Source of the DNA: Albibacterium sp.
Lineage (GTDB): Bacteria; Bacteroidota; Bacteroidia; Sphingobacteriales; Sphingobacteriaceae
Reading direction: 5' to 3'
DNA: 64,000 nt
NCBI RefSeq assembly: GCF_035514885.1
Contig: NZ_DATJCH010000023.1
Location: forward strand, 4,881 to 68,880
The notes under the pieces are model-generated. The model made no database searches. It was not told the DNA's origin and saw only the letters and a program-made list of their open reading frames with translations. The translations under genes and the position numbers were made by a program. Positions 1 through 9,694 of this stretch are shown here, piece by piece. The number at the start of each line of letters is the position of its first letter. The first letter of the stretch is position 1.

Positions 1-501
1 TATAGCAAGCCTCCACAAATCTCATTTAATATGGGGCTTTGTTATGGCGGGGCTGCAGCTATTGTTCTTAATGTTGTATGTCCGCCCTTCATCTTGGTAA
101 TTGAAATTGAAAGTCTGTGTCAACCGAGTAGAGTATATCTCGGAAGCATAGGAACTAGGCAGGCTTTTTTTTCAAGGTTAACTTTTGTATGTCAGCTTGT
201 ATGCCTATCAAATGTGCCTAATTTGGCACGTTAGCGAAATTGCATAAAGATTTGATTTCAGGTTTATCCACCGAATACTGGAAACTTGCTGAACTCTACC
301 TAAATTTTTAATTTGTTCTATTTTTTTTAAAATATACATATCGCTTTTAGAAATTACAAAATCAGCTAATTGCGTTACATTTATTCGCATAGAGCTTTAC
401 CCTCAGAAAGGAATGCGTTTCTTTTATTTTAAGAAAAAACAATAAAAACTTTTGCTATAAACAGAATTTGATGTAATTTTGTTATTCCAACAACAATTGC
501 C

Positions 502-951
502 ATGACAACAACATTAAAAAATGAAGACATTATTCATCTCCTTACCGGGCGCACCCCACTGAATATGGACAGGCTATTGAGTTATCATCTCAAAGAAGAA
601 CAGATACCGCTTTCGAGGGAACAGTGGAGCGTGATGGCGGTTTTGTGGAAAGAAGACGGCTGTACACAGCAGCGCCTTGCCAATGTTACCCACCGCGACC
701 GGCCCGGCATTACCCGCTTGCTCGATAACTTGCAAAAGGAAGGTTTTATAGAACGACGAGCTCATGCAACGGACAGGCGCAGCAACCTCATTTTCCTTAC
801 CCAAAAAGGAAAAAGCGTGCAAGCTAAAGTAGTAAAGGCGTTAACAAAAACCGTTGAAGGGGCTACCAAAGATATCAGCGATGCACAACTCAGCAACCTG
901 AGAAAAACGTTTGAGCAGATCAATAATAATATTCAAAACCTTGAATTATAA
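502..951 (+). CDS. MarR family transcriptional regulator
   Basis: 149-aa ORF with a winged-helix MarR-like core (TQQRLANVT...GITRLLDNLQKEGFIERR..DRRSNLIFLT). It lies directly upstream of an efflux operon. Confidence 0.85.
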   Translation: MTTTLKNEDIIHLLTGRTPLNMDRLLSYHLKEEQIPLSREQWSVMAVLWKEDGCTQQRLANVTHRDRPGITRLLDNLQKEGFIERRAHATDRRSNLIFLTQKGKSVQAKVVKALTKTVEGATKDISDAQLSNLRKTFEQINNNIQNLEL

Positions 952-961
952 TCACCGAATC

Positions 962-2356
962 ATGAAAAAAGCATTAATAGCAGCTATCGGATTGCAGCTT
1001 TTATCTGTTACTTTGTATGCGCAGTTACAACTGCCGGCCATTTTACAAAAACCCATAGAGCAGGCGCTTACGCAAAGTAGAGAAATCACTAATAAGCAAC
1101 TGGATGTGCAAAAAGTGCAAATGGAGCAAAAATCTGTACTCAATAAACATGTTCCCACAATAGAAGCAACCGCCGGTTATGCCTATTTGAACAATAACAT
1201 TACCTTGGATGCGCCTTCGATAACACTTCCCATTACCGGAATAGAATTATTTCAAGGAAAAACAAAGATGGATAACCGGGCAAATGCCTTACACGGTGGG
1301 GTAATGGCCAAAAGCATTATATTTAGTGGAGGGCAAATTCAAAACGGAGCCAGGGCATTGAACCAAAAGGCCATCGGAGATTCCCTGCTGATAGAAACCG
1401 ACAAAGACAACCTGATCGCAGATGTTATAGAAAGCTTCGACAAGCTAAAATTGATCGAAGCTTCAGCGAAACTTATTGAAGAAACCGATCAGCGGTTAAG
1501 AAAAGAAGAAGAAAGAGTGGAAAAAGGCATCCAAAACGGGCTTGCCATACCCTTCGATCGCGATAAAATTAAGCTGGCCCGCCTGGAACTGGAATCAAAA
1601 AGAACAGAATTGGAAGAGTCAAAAAAAGTATTGTTTGAAAAACTTTCTTACCTGACGGGAATGCCTGAAGAGGAGTTGGCGGCCATTTCTTATGAACTCA
1701 GCCCGTTTGTGTTGCAGGACAATTTAAACGTGGATAACAAACAGGAGTTGGAAGCGCTGAAAGCTTATAAAAATGCGGCGGATTATTTGATTAAAAAAGA
1801 GAAAGGCACTTACCTGCCGGGTGTGGTTGCCTTCGCCGGCGCCTCTTATACCAGTTTGTTTGATGTGAACTCAAATCTGAAATTTCCCTTTCCGCTGCCT
1901 TCTCAATTGCCACAGCCGAATCTGAAGCTGAATCAATTCACCGTGGCGCCCAACTGGATGGCAGGTATCGCACTGAAATGGGAAATCTTTGGCGGATTTC
2001 AACGAAAACATAAAGTGCAGGAAGCAGAAATAAATAAAAGGCAGTTGGAGAATAAACTGTCAGACAGCCGGGATAAACTGAACTTATTATTAAAGCACAA
2101 ATATTCAACCTATACCACGCAATGGAAACAGATAGACCTGGCCAATCAACAGGAAACTATTGCAAAAAACAACCTCGTCCTGGCGGGTAAACAATATACC
2201 CAGGGATTGATCTCTATTTCTCAGCGGCTGGAAGCTGAAAATGATTACTTCAAAGCCGGGCAAAGGAAAACAGAGGTACTTATCAATCAGAGGCAGGCAG
2301 CTTTGGAAGCCTTAATGTCAACCGGAAAATTGTCTCAACAAATTCAATATAAATAA
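962..2356 (+). CDS. TolC family outer-membrane efflux protein
   Basis: The ORF-track start at 911 overlaps marR. The ATG at 962 gives the signal peptide MKKALIAAIGLQLLSVTLYAQ. The two-repeat coiled-coil/beta-barrel organisation is typical of TolC/OMF proteins. Confidence 0.85.
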   Translation: MKKALIAAIGLQLLSVTLYAQLQLPAILQKPIEQALTQSREITNKQLDVQKVQMEQKSVLNKHVPTIEATAGYAYLNNNITLDAPSITLPITGIELFQGKTKMDNRANALHGGVMAKSIIFSGGQIQNGARALNQKAIGDSLLIETDKDNLIADVIESFDKLKLIEASAKLIEETDQRLRKEEERVEKGIQNGLAIPFDRDKIKLARLELESKRTELEESKKVLFEKLSYLTGMPEEELAAISYELSPFVLQDNLNVDNKQELEALKAYKNAADYLIKKEKGTYLPGVVAFAGASYTSLFDVNSNLKFPFPLPSQLPQPNLKLNQFTVAPNWMAGIALKWEIFGGFQRKHKVQEAEINKRQLENKLSDSRDKLNLLLKHKYSTYTTQWKQIDLANQQETIAKNNLVLAGKQYTQGLISISQRLEAENDYFKAGQRKTEVLINQRQAALEALMSTGKLSQQIQYK

Positions 2357-2386
2357 ACAATTTAATCATTTTAGAACTGCATACAA

Positions 2387-3337
2387 ATGAACAAAATAAC
2401 CATCCTTATCGCTGCGATTTTTCTAACAAGCTGCGGAAGCAAACTAAAAGATAGCGGAATACAAGGAAAAACCGAACAGGAAGAAATTGCCGTAACCGGA
2501 AAAATTGCCGGACGAATCGCTGATGTATTGGTAAAAGAAGGAGAATGCGTAAAAAAAGGAGATACTCTTGCAGTGCTCGACATACCCGAAGTGGATGCCA
2601 AAAAAGCGCAGGCCGCCGGTGCGGTAGAATCGGCCTCGGCACAATACCAGATGAGTGTGAACGGAGCTACAAAAAATCAACTGACGCAGCTAGCGGCAAA
2701 GAAAAGCGCTCTTATGGAGCAATATACTTATGCGCAAAAATCGGTTGACCGGCTAAAAAACATGGTAAAAGATTCACTGATAGCCCAGCAAACCTATGAT
2801 GAGGCCTATGCAAAATACCAAGGCGCAAAGGCACAACTGGAAGCGGTGGAAGCCGAAATAGCTGACGTACAGCATGGGGTGCGGATAGAGCAACAAACCA
2901 TGGCGCTGGGGCAAAAGAAAAGGGCATTAGGCGCGCTGCAGGAAGTAAACACCGCAGAGAAAGAGCGCTATATTATTGCACCCGCTGACATGACCATTGA
3001 AACCATTACTTTAAAACCTGGCGAACTGGCGCTTCCCGGATATACTCTTTTTAAGGGCACTTTACCAGGCAGTATGTATTTCAGGTTTACCCTTCCGGAA
3101 AGCGAATTGAATAAAGTGAAGAAAGGAATGGAGGTAAAAGTTCACGTCGTATATGAAAACCGCGATGTTCCGTGCACCATCACTTTGGTAAAAAAGTTGG
3201 GCGCTTATGCAAATATCGCTACCGCTTATCCCGATTACGAAATGCAGGAATCTTTATTTGAGATACAGGCCACACCCATAAATATAGCGGATGTAAAAAA
3301 TGTTTTTTCCCAAACTACAGTGACTCTTAAATTATAA
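2387..3337 (+). CDS. HlyD family periplasmic adaptor (membrane fusion protein)
   Basis: Lipoprotein-type N-terminus (LTSCGS), a lipoyl-like hairpin (VKKGDTLAVLD) and a long coiled coil. It sits between the TolC and permease genes. Confidence 0.85.
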   Translation: MNKITILIAAIFLTSCGSKLKDSGIQGKTEQEEIAVTGKIAGRIADVLVKEGECVKKGDTLAVLDIPEVDAKKAQAAGAVESASAQYQMSVNGATKNQLTQLAAKKSALMEQYTYAQKSVDRLKNMVKDSLIAQQTYDEAYAKYQGAKAQLEAVEAEIADVQHGVRIEQQTMALGQKKRALGALQEVNTAEKERYIIAPADMTIETITLKPGELALPGYTLFKGTLPGSMYFRFTLPESELNKVKKGMEVKVHVVYENRDVPCTITLVKKLGAYANIATAYPDYEMQESLFEIQATPINIADVKNVFSQTTVTLKL

Positions 3338-3340
3338 GAA

Positions 3341-4495
3341 ATGAAGAACTTTTTTAGTTTACTCGGGCGGGAGTTTAAATTATTCTGGGCCAACCGTATT
3401 CTCCGTTTGCTATTCATCGGCGCACCCATTATGTATGGCGTGTTACTGGGCTACGTGTACCAAAAAGGGAAGGTAACAGATTTGCCCATTATCGTTGTGG
3501 ATGAAGACCGGAGCAGCATGAGCCAAAAGGTGATAGAAATGTTAGGCGACAATGAAATATTAAAGGTGGCATTGGTGAAAAATGATGAGTCCGGTTTGTC
3601 AAAACAAGTGCTTGATCTGGATGCGGATTGTGTGGTAATGATCCCTAAGGATTTTGAAAAGGATGTACTTACCAGGAAAAACCCGGAAATCGTTACCATT
3701 GTAAATACCAGTAATGTTCTTACCGCCAATTATGCCTCCGGCGCTATACAATTGGTTTTAGGAACCTTTAAAGCGGGTACACAAATGGAAACGCTTCGTA
3801 AACAGGGTACACCCGAAAATTTACTGATGAGTTCGTATGAACCATTCAAAACAACTTTTATCAAAAAATTTAACCGGAGTACCAACTATATGTATTTCCT
3901 GTGGCCCGGTGTTTTGGCCACGGTTTTGCAGCAGGTATTGCTCCTGGCTTTAGCGCTTTCTTTTGCCAGCGAATTCGAAAACGGCACTTTCGCCGAGTTG
4001 ACAAGAAGAACCTCTGTTTTCAGTATGATCGCAGTGAAAGTCATTCCTTACCTCATCATGAGCTTTGGAATATGGCTGATGTATTTTGGCTTTACTTTCT
4101 GGTTTCGCATACCGATAAAGGAAAATTTGGGCGGCCTTACGCTGATAGCCGGCGTATTTGTGCTGGCGGTAAGCTTTATGGGTATTCTGGTAAGTATTTT
4201 GATCCCCAACCAGCTAAAAGCTACAGAAGTATTGATGGTGGTTGCCACGCCGAGTTTTATTTTAAGTGGTTTTACATGGCCTCTTAGCCAAATGCCTGTG
4301 TGGGTGCAGCATATTGCTTCGGGTATACCGCTTACTCATTTCTTAAAAGCATTTAGAACTTTACTGGTAGAGGATGGAACCATACAGCAAACGGTCCCGT
4401 ATGTAATGAGTATGGTGTGGATCGGGTTAGTGTGTGCCGCCGGGTCAATAATTGCCTTGTATTTTAAAAGAAGGCAGGCAACGGGGAAATTTTAG
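3341..4495 (+). CDS. ABC-2 type transporter permease (YhhJ-like)
   Basis: 384 aa with one N-terminal TM segment, a large periplasmic loop and a C-terminal multi-TM ABC-2 block. It starts 4 nt after the HlyD stop. Confidence 0.8.
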   Translation: MKNFFSLLGREFKLFWANRILRLLFIGAPIMYGVLLGYVYQKGKVTDLPIIVVDEDRSSMSQKVIEMLGDNEILKVALVKNDESGLSKQVLDLDADCVVMIPKDFEKDVLTRKNPEIVTIVNTSNVLTANYASGAIQLVLGTFKAGTQMETLRKQGTPENLLMSSYEPFKTTFIKKFNRSTNYMYFLWPGVLATVLQQVLLLALALSFASEFENGTFAELTRRTSVFSMIAVKVIPYLIMSFGIWLMYFGFTFWFRIPIKENLGGLTLIAGVFVLAVSFMGILVSILIPNQLKATEVLMVVATPSFILSGFTWPLSQMPVWVQHIASGIPLTHFLKAFRTLLVEDGTIQQTVPYVMSMVWIGLVCAAGSIIALYFKRRQATGKF

Positions 4496-4639
4496 AAATA
4501 ATTTTGTTGATTAAGAAACACCGCGGCTAATCCGGAAACCTGCCCGATCGTTATAAATTAACTAAAATTAACTTTAGCTTATTGCTGCTCAACGAAGTAA
4601 GTAATTTTGCAAATAAATAATGAAATTATAAACAGTGTT

Positions 4640-5620
4640 ATGAATTTTAAAACCTATTTATCAATGCTTGTGTTTGCTTGTTTTTTTACAATAAACGCGT
4701 CCGGACAATCAAGAGATACTTCCAGGCCGGTTCGCCCAGGTGCAAATACAGGTGTAGAAGAATATGACACTTTTGGATATTTGGGTAAAGACTATGCATT
4801 GAGCGTTATTAATGGCTTTAAAGAAAGAAGCGAGCCAATCTATGAAAAGTACCTATTACACAGAGATATACCGTACGGCTTAGGCAAAAGAGAAACCTTT
4901 GATCATTTTCACAATCCAGCATTTAAGAAATCCTGAAGGGGTATTTATTTTTATTCATGGAGGATATTGGCAGGGCGAAGTGAAAAAAGAATCCTATGCC
5001 TTTGTCGCAAAAAAACTACTCGAAAGAAATATAGATGTCATATTGATTGAGTATGATTTGACCAAAGAGAATGAAAAGTTTGGAGAACAAATACCTCGTG
5101 TAAGCATGACCGCTATTGTAAACGAGCTGGGTACTGCATTAGATAAAATACAAGTGTACCTGTCGAATACTTTTAAAGAATCCATGTCCAAAATTCCGGT
5201 TTATGTGAGTGGTCATTCAGCCGGAGGGCACCTGGCGGCAATGCTTAAAGATCACCCTTTAATAACCGGCGCCGTAATGCCAATAAGCGGAATATTTGAC
5301 CTTATACCTGTTTCTAAAACAAAAAAAATTGGACAAGCATTACAACTTAATCTGCTTGAAGCTTCAAAATTGAGTCCAATAAACAATTTGCTTCCTGCCA
5401 TGGATCATTCAGCCCTGTGCTTTTGTACTATGGCGCTGATGAGCAACCAGAGTTGGTAAAGCAATCAGGAAATTATTACAACCTGCTAAAGAGAAAAAAA
5501 TATAAAGCGGACATTAAGGCAATTCCTGCAGCAGATCATTTCACGGTATTGATCGATTTATTTGAAAAAGATGATAGTGTCTTGCTTAAAAATATTTTTA
5601 ATAATCTTAGTCAGAAATGA
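4640..5620 (+). pseudogene. Secreted alpha/beta hydrolase (arylformamidase/esterase-like), disrupted by two frameshifts
   Basis: Three consecutive ORFs in different frames (4607-4936, 4899-5459, 5417-5620) read as one protein. They give a signal peptide MNFKTYLSMLVFACFF, an oxyanion HGGYW, the nucleophile elbow GHSAGGH and a C-terminal LLYYGADEQ...DHF. The frame switches fall near 4900-4915 and 5405-5417. Confidence 0.75.
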
Positions 5621-5652
5621 TGAACTATTATAGTGCATAACGCATTGGTAAA

Positions 5653-5877
5653 CTAATCCATTATTAAAAGAATCTTTCCGATATGTTCATTGCTTTCCAT
5701 TAACCGATGTGCATCGGCAGCTTCTGCTAATGGCAGTTTTTTATAAATTATGGGATGGATTTTTTTAGAATCGAACATGGGCCAGATGTTTTTTTCTACT
5801 TCCTGTGCGATTTGTGTTTTCACTTCCACGGGCTGGGGTTTTAGAAAACTTCCTGTGATGGTGAGGCTCTTGCCCAT
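5653..5877 (-). pseudogene. C-terminal fragment of NADPH:quinone oxidoreductase / zinc-type alcohol dehydrogenase family
   Basis: Only about 74 codons remain (LTITGSFLKPQ...HPIIYKKLPLAEAADAHRLMESNEHIGKILL), matching the C-terminal end of roughly 320-aa MDR/QOR proteins. An in-frame stop lies 11 codons upstream. Confidence 0.7.
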
Positions 5878-5889
5878 GACAGTGGGATT

Positions 5890-7086
5890 ATGCTTGCGGT
5901 ATACATTTCACAGGCCGAAGTTGACAATCTAAGGAGAGGTTTAAATGTTGTTGCAGGGTTGCGAAGAGGTAAATTAGAGGGTCGATGGATGGGTAAAGCA
6001 CCTGCGGGCTATATCAATAGGATACGTGAAGACAAAACCAAATACATAGAATTAATTGAACCAGAGGCCTCGCATTTAAAATGGGCATTTAAAACCATAG
6101 CAGAGGGCCTCTATCCAACCGATCATGTTTGGAAATTAGCCAGCGCAAGAGGCTTGCGCTGCAAAAGGAACACCTTTTTAGCAGCAATACGCAACCCAAT
6201 TTATTGCGGAAAAGTTATGGTTCCTCCTGATGAACATAATGAGATGTTTCTTGCAAATGGCAAGCATACGCCTTTAATTAGTGAGAAGCCATTTTGGGAA
6301 GTACAGGATATTTTAAGCGGACGCACCAAAACTATGCGTGTGAAAGTTGAAACACCTATTAATTTACCATTAAGGGGATTTTTGTACTGTCCAGAATGCA
6401 ACCGAACGCTCACTGGAAGTGCTTCTAAAGGTAGGCCTAGGTATTATTATTACTATCACTGCAAAGCTCCATGTAAGGCGAGATTTAAAGCTGATGAAAT
6501 AAATATTGACTTCGAAAGAGAGTTGCAAAAATTTGTTCCTAAACCTGGCATGGCTGAGCTATATAAGCAAGTAATATTTGATGCCATAGGTGATGATAAA
6601 AAGGGCTTTAAAAAAAACAGAAAACGGTTGGTGACTGATATTTCAGAACAAAATAATGTATTGACCAAAGTTAGGGCTTTGCTTTTATCTGATGACATAG
6701 ATATTGAGGACTACAAGATCATGAAATCGAAGTGCGAAGATAAAATCGTTCGTCTTGAAGCTCAACTAAATGAATTAAAAAGTAAGGCTAGTGTAGAGAC
6801 TGATATAAATGAAATTGTTGACGAAGCCTTGTTAAGGCTCAAAAAGCTCATGGAATTATATTCTAACGGCAATATTGAGCAAAAACGTTATATCATCGGT
6901 TCGATCTTTCCAGAAAAATGGACAATTATAGAAAGTAAAGGTCGAACCGGCAAAGTGAACTCCGCCGCCTTACTTATCTATCAGATTAACAATATGTTAG
7001 GAAATAAAAAAGCCGGAGTTAGAACTAACTCCGGCTTGGTACCCAGGGCCGGGATCGAACCGGCACGGTTTCCCATTGGTGTTTGA
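5890..7086 (+). pseudogene. Large serine recombinase lacking the N-terminal catalytic (resolvase) domain
   Basis: The recombinase domain (GRWMGKAPAGYINR...IRNPIYCGKV), zinc-ribbon (FLYCPECNRTLTGS...YYYYHCKAPC) and coiled coil are present. The ORF begins inside the end of the catalytic domain (AVYISQAEVDNLRR). Its last ~25 codons read through the tRNA-Leu terminator and tRNA. Confidence 0.8.
7002..7036 (-). terminator. Rho-independent terminator of tRNA-Leu
   Basis: Perfect 10-bp stem (agccggagtt / aactccggct) with a 6-nt loop, followed on the minus strand by a T-run. Confidence 0.75.
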
Positions 7087-7119
7087 GACCAACGCGTCTA
7101 CCAATTCCGCCACCTGGGC
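7037..7119 (-). tRNA. tRNA-Leu (anticodon CAA), CCA encoded
   Basis: Hand-folded cloverleaf on the minus strand: acceptor GCCCAGG, anticodon stem TTGGT/ACCAA with loop CTCAAAC, a long variable arm and T-arm GCCGG-TTCGATC-CCGGC. Confidence 0.9.
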
Positions 7120-7177
7120 ATACTTGTTGGGGATGCAAATGTATTTATTAATCGCCCAACCGCAAAATTTATTTCAA

Positions 7178-8500
7178 CTATTTTTGAATCAATTTTAAAA
7201 TATCATTACCCATTACAAAGACCATCAGTGCAACAATTATAACGAAGCCTACCAACTGAGCAGTTTCCATAAATTTATCGCTCATAGGCTTCCCTTGTAC
7301 CATCTCGATCAGCAAAAACATAGTATGACCACCATCGAGACCTGGAATCGGTAATAAATTCATTAAAGCCAATGCCATAGAAAGCAAACCAACTAATGTC
7401 CAAAAACGAACCCAGTTCACTTCTGCACCAAACATCTCGGCAATTCCAACGGGTCCGGATAAAGCTTTTGTCGCTTTCACTTGTCCGGTAGCTACTTTTC
7501 CAAGTCCTTTTGCATTATCAACTAAAGAGCCCCATGCTCTTGAAGCACCAATAGGCAAAGATTGTAAAAAACTGTACTGAACAGTTTCAACAGGAAGATT
7601 AAATGGTATACTAACACCTAAAACACCATCTTCCGGAACTTTAATCTGAAGATTGATCTCTTGTCCATTACGAAAAACCAACGCATCAACTTCCTTATTT
7701 TTATTCTCTGCTAGCTTCGCTTGAAATTCATCAAAAAACGTTAAAGGTGTTCCGGCTAATGCCAGAATGCTGTCTCCTGCTAAAAATCCCGCCTGATCAG
7801 CAGCTCCGCCTTTCTGAACGTCAGCTATTCCATTTAAATAAACGCGTTCTCTGACAAACTCATCCATACCAAAGTCTGCAACATCGTTTAAGACATCATT
7901 AGGAACTGCGATATGCTCTGTTGTTCCATTACGTTCCACAGTTAGGTCAACACCCCCCATCAAAACTTTTGAGCTTAATAATTCGTTAAAACGAACTACT
8001 TTTTCACCATCTACTGCTGTAATTCTATCTCCTGCAACAAGACCAATATCCTTGCCGATGGATCCAGGAACAATACCTTGAACCAGCTTATCATTACTGA
8101 TAAATGTTTCACCGTATTTAAAAGTCATCATCCAGAAAATGAAAATACCCAGAACTATATTTACGAAAACGCCTCCTAGCATGACAATTAATCGTTGCCA
8201 AGCAGGTTTTGATCTAAACTCGTGAGGTTGAGGTGGACCTGCCATTTGTTCAGTATCCATCGACTCGTCAATCATTCCGGCAATTTTCACATAACCACCC
8301 AAAGGCAGCCATCCGATACCATATTCACATCCTTTATAATTAAACTTAAATAGCTTCACTCCCCAAGCATCAAAGAAAAGATAGAACTTCTCCACTTTAA
8401 TACCAAAAGCACGAGCAGCCAAAAAATGCCCTAATTCATGCAACACTATTAATATTGATAGGCCCAGAATTAACTGTCCGGCCATTATCAAACCATCCAT
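7178..8500 (-). CDS. rseP: RIP metalloprotease RseP (site-2 protease)
   Basis: HELGHF zinc motif at the N-terminus, PDZ-like middle region and C-terminal LNLLPIPGLDGG motif. Confidence 0.92.
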   Translation of the reverse strand: MDGLIMAGQLILGLSILIVLHELGHFLAARAFGIKVEKFYLFFDAWGVKLFKFNYKGCEYGIGWLPLGGYVKIAGMIDESMDTEQMAGPPQPHEFRSKPAWQRLIVMLGGVFVNIVLGIFIFWMMTFKYGETFISNDKLVQGIVPGSIGKDIGLVAGDRITAVDGEKVVRFNELLSSKVLMGGVDLTVERNGTTEHIAVPNDVLNDVADFGMDEFVRERVYLNGIADVQKGGAADQAGFLAGDSILALAGTPLTFFDEFQAKLAENKNKEVDALVFRNGQEINLQIKVPEDGVLGVSIPFNLPVETVQYSFLQSLPIGASRAWGSLVDNAKGLGKVATGQVKATKALSGPVGIAEMFGAEVNWVRFWTLVGLLSMALALMNLLPIPGLDGGHTMFLLIEMVQGKPMSDKFMETAQLVGFVIIVALMVFVMGNDILKLIQK

Positions 8501-8505
8501 ATATT

Positions 8506-9693
8506 TTATTTAAAATTTGTACTTGCTATAGTTTTCTTTCTCTTCACAGATTCTTCTGCATAAATCCTACTTAAACGATCAATTTCCAAAAAATCTGATA
8601 AACTTGGTTCCATTGTAAAATTAGCTTTTGCCATGGTATCAGCAATAACATCACTCATTTCAAGAAAACCAATCTCCTGCTTCAAAAATGCTGCCACTAC
8701 TACTTCATTGGCAGCATTCAGCACACATGGCATTGATCCGCCAACTTCCAATGCCTTATAAGCCAAATCTAGATTAGCAAAAACTTCTCTATCCGGCTTC
8801 TCAAATGTTAACTGTGAAAATTGTTCAAAATCAAGGCGTGGGTGGTCATTCTCAATCCTCTCCGGATAAAAAAGTGCATATTGAATAGGTAATTTCATAT
8901 CGGGTAAACCCAACTGCGCCTTAATAGATCCATCCTTAAACTGCACCATAGAGTGAATGATAGATTGTGGATGAATCACTACGTCAATTTGGCGTAGGTC
9001 TACATCAAACAGCCATCTTGCTTCAATAACCTCCAGTCCCTTATTCATTAAGGTTGCTGAATCGATCGTGATTTTATCCCCCATCTGCCAATTAGGATGT
9101 TTCAATGCTTGTTTTGATGAAGCTGTTGATAAAAACGCACGGTCTTTTCCACGAAATGGCCCACCAGATGCTGTCAGAATTATCTTTTCTATCGTCGAAC
9201 TCTGTTCTCCAACCAGACATTGAAAAATAGCAGAATGTTCAGAATCAACTGGTAAAATCTTAGCATTATGTTCTTTAGCAGCCTTCGTTACAAGAGCACC
9301 TGCAACTACCAACGTTTCCTTATTAGCTAGAGCAATAGTCTTTCCTTCTTTTATAGCTGCAAGCGTTGGTTCCAGTCCGGAAAAGCCTACCAAAGCCGTT
9401 AAGATAACATCAAGCGATGATATTTTAACAACTTCCACTAAAGCCTCAGAACCTGCATAAACCTGAATTCCGCTGCTATTTAAAGCTTCGTTTACAATTG
9501 AATAATACTTCTCATTTGTGATAACAACAGCTAATGGTTTATATTTTTTGGCCTGCTCTATCAGCAACAGATAATTATTAGCAGCTGTTAAAACCTGCAC
9601 TTGAAACAAATCAGGGTATTCGCTTATAACCGAAAGAGTTTGTGTTCCAACGCTTCCTGTAGAACCCAGTATTGCTATATTCTTTTTAATCAC
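8506..9693 (-). CDS. dxr: 1-deoxy-D-xylulose-5-phosphate reductoisomerase
   Basis: N-terminal ILGSTGSVGTQTL NADPH motif; LANKETLV and DSEHSAIFQC motifs are characteristic of Dxr. Confidence 0.95.
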   Translation of the reverse strand: MIKKNIAILGSTGSVGTQTLSVISEYPDLFQVQVLTAANNYLLLIEQAKKYKPLAVVITNEKYYSIVNEALNSSGIQVYAGSEALVEVVKISSLDVILTALVGFSGLEPTLAAIKEGKTIALANKETLVVAGALVTKAAKEHNAKILPVDSEHSAIFQCLVGEQSSTIEKIILTASGGPFRGKDRAFLSTASSKQALKHPNWQMGDKITIDSATLMNKGLEVIEARWLFDVDLRQIDVVIHPQSIIHSMVQFKDGSIKAQLGLPDMKLPIQYALFYPERIENDHPRLDFEQFSQLTFEKPDREVFANLDLAYKALEVGGSMPCVLNAANEVVVAAFLKQEIGFLEMSDVIADTMAKANFTMEPSLSDFLEIDRLSRIYAEESVKRKKTIASTNFK

Positions 9694-9694
9694 T

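Noticed and set aside
1-240. Frame 1 is open from the window edge to 234 (Cys-rich peptide), with local hairpins (ccgag...ctcgg; ggcggg...ccgccc) and a T-run at about 170-178. It could be the gene 3' end or a structured RNA.
   Set aside because: The translation looks non-proteinaceous. I could not match any known RNA family (tmRNA, RNase P, SRP, common riboswitch boxes) by eye. There is no convincing stem before the T-run.
224-244. TGGCAC ... TTGCA resembling a sigma-54 -24/-12 promoter
   Set aside because: The GG and GC elements are 17 nt apart instead of the required ~11, so the spacing is wrong.
2371-2927. Cluster of 67-78-aa ORFs on both strands inside hlyD
   Set aside because: These are shadow ORFs favoured by the higher GC of this region. 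hlyD explains the coding signal.
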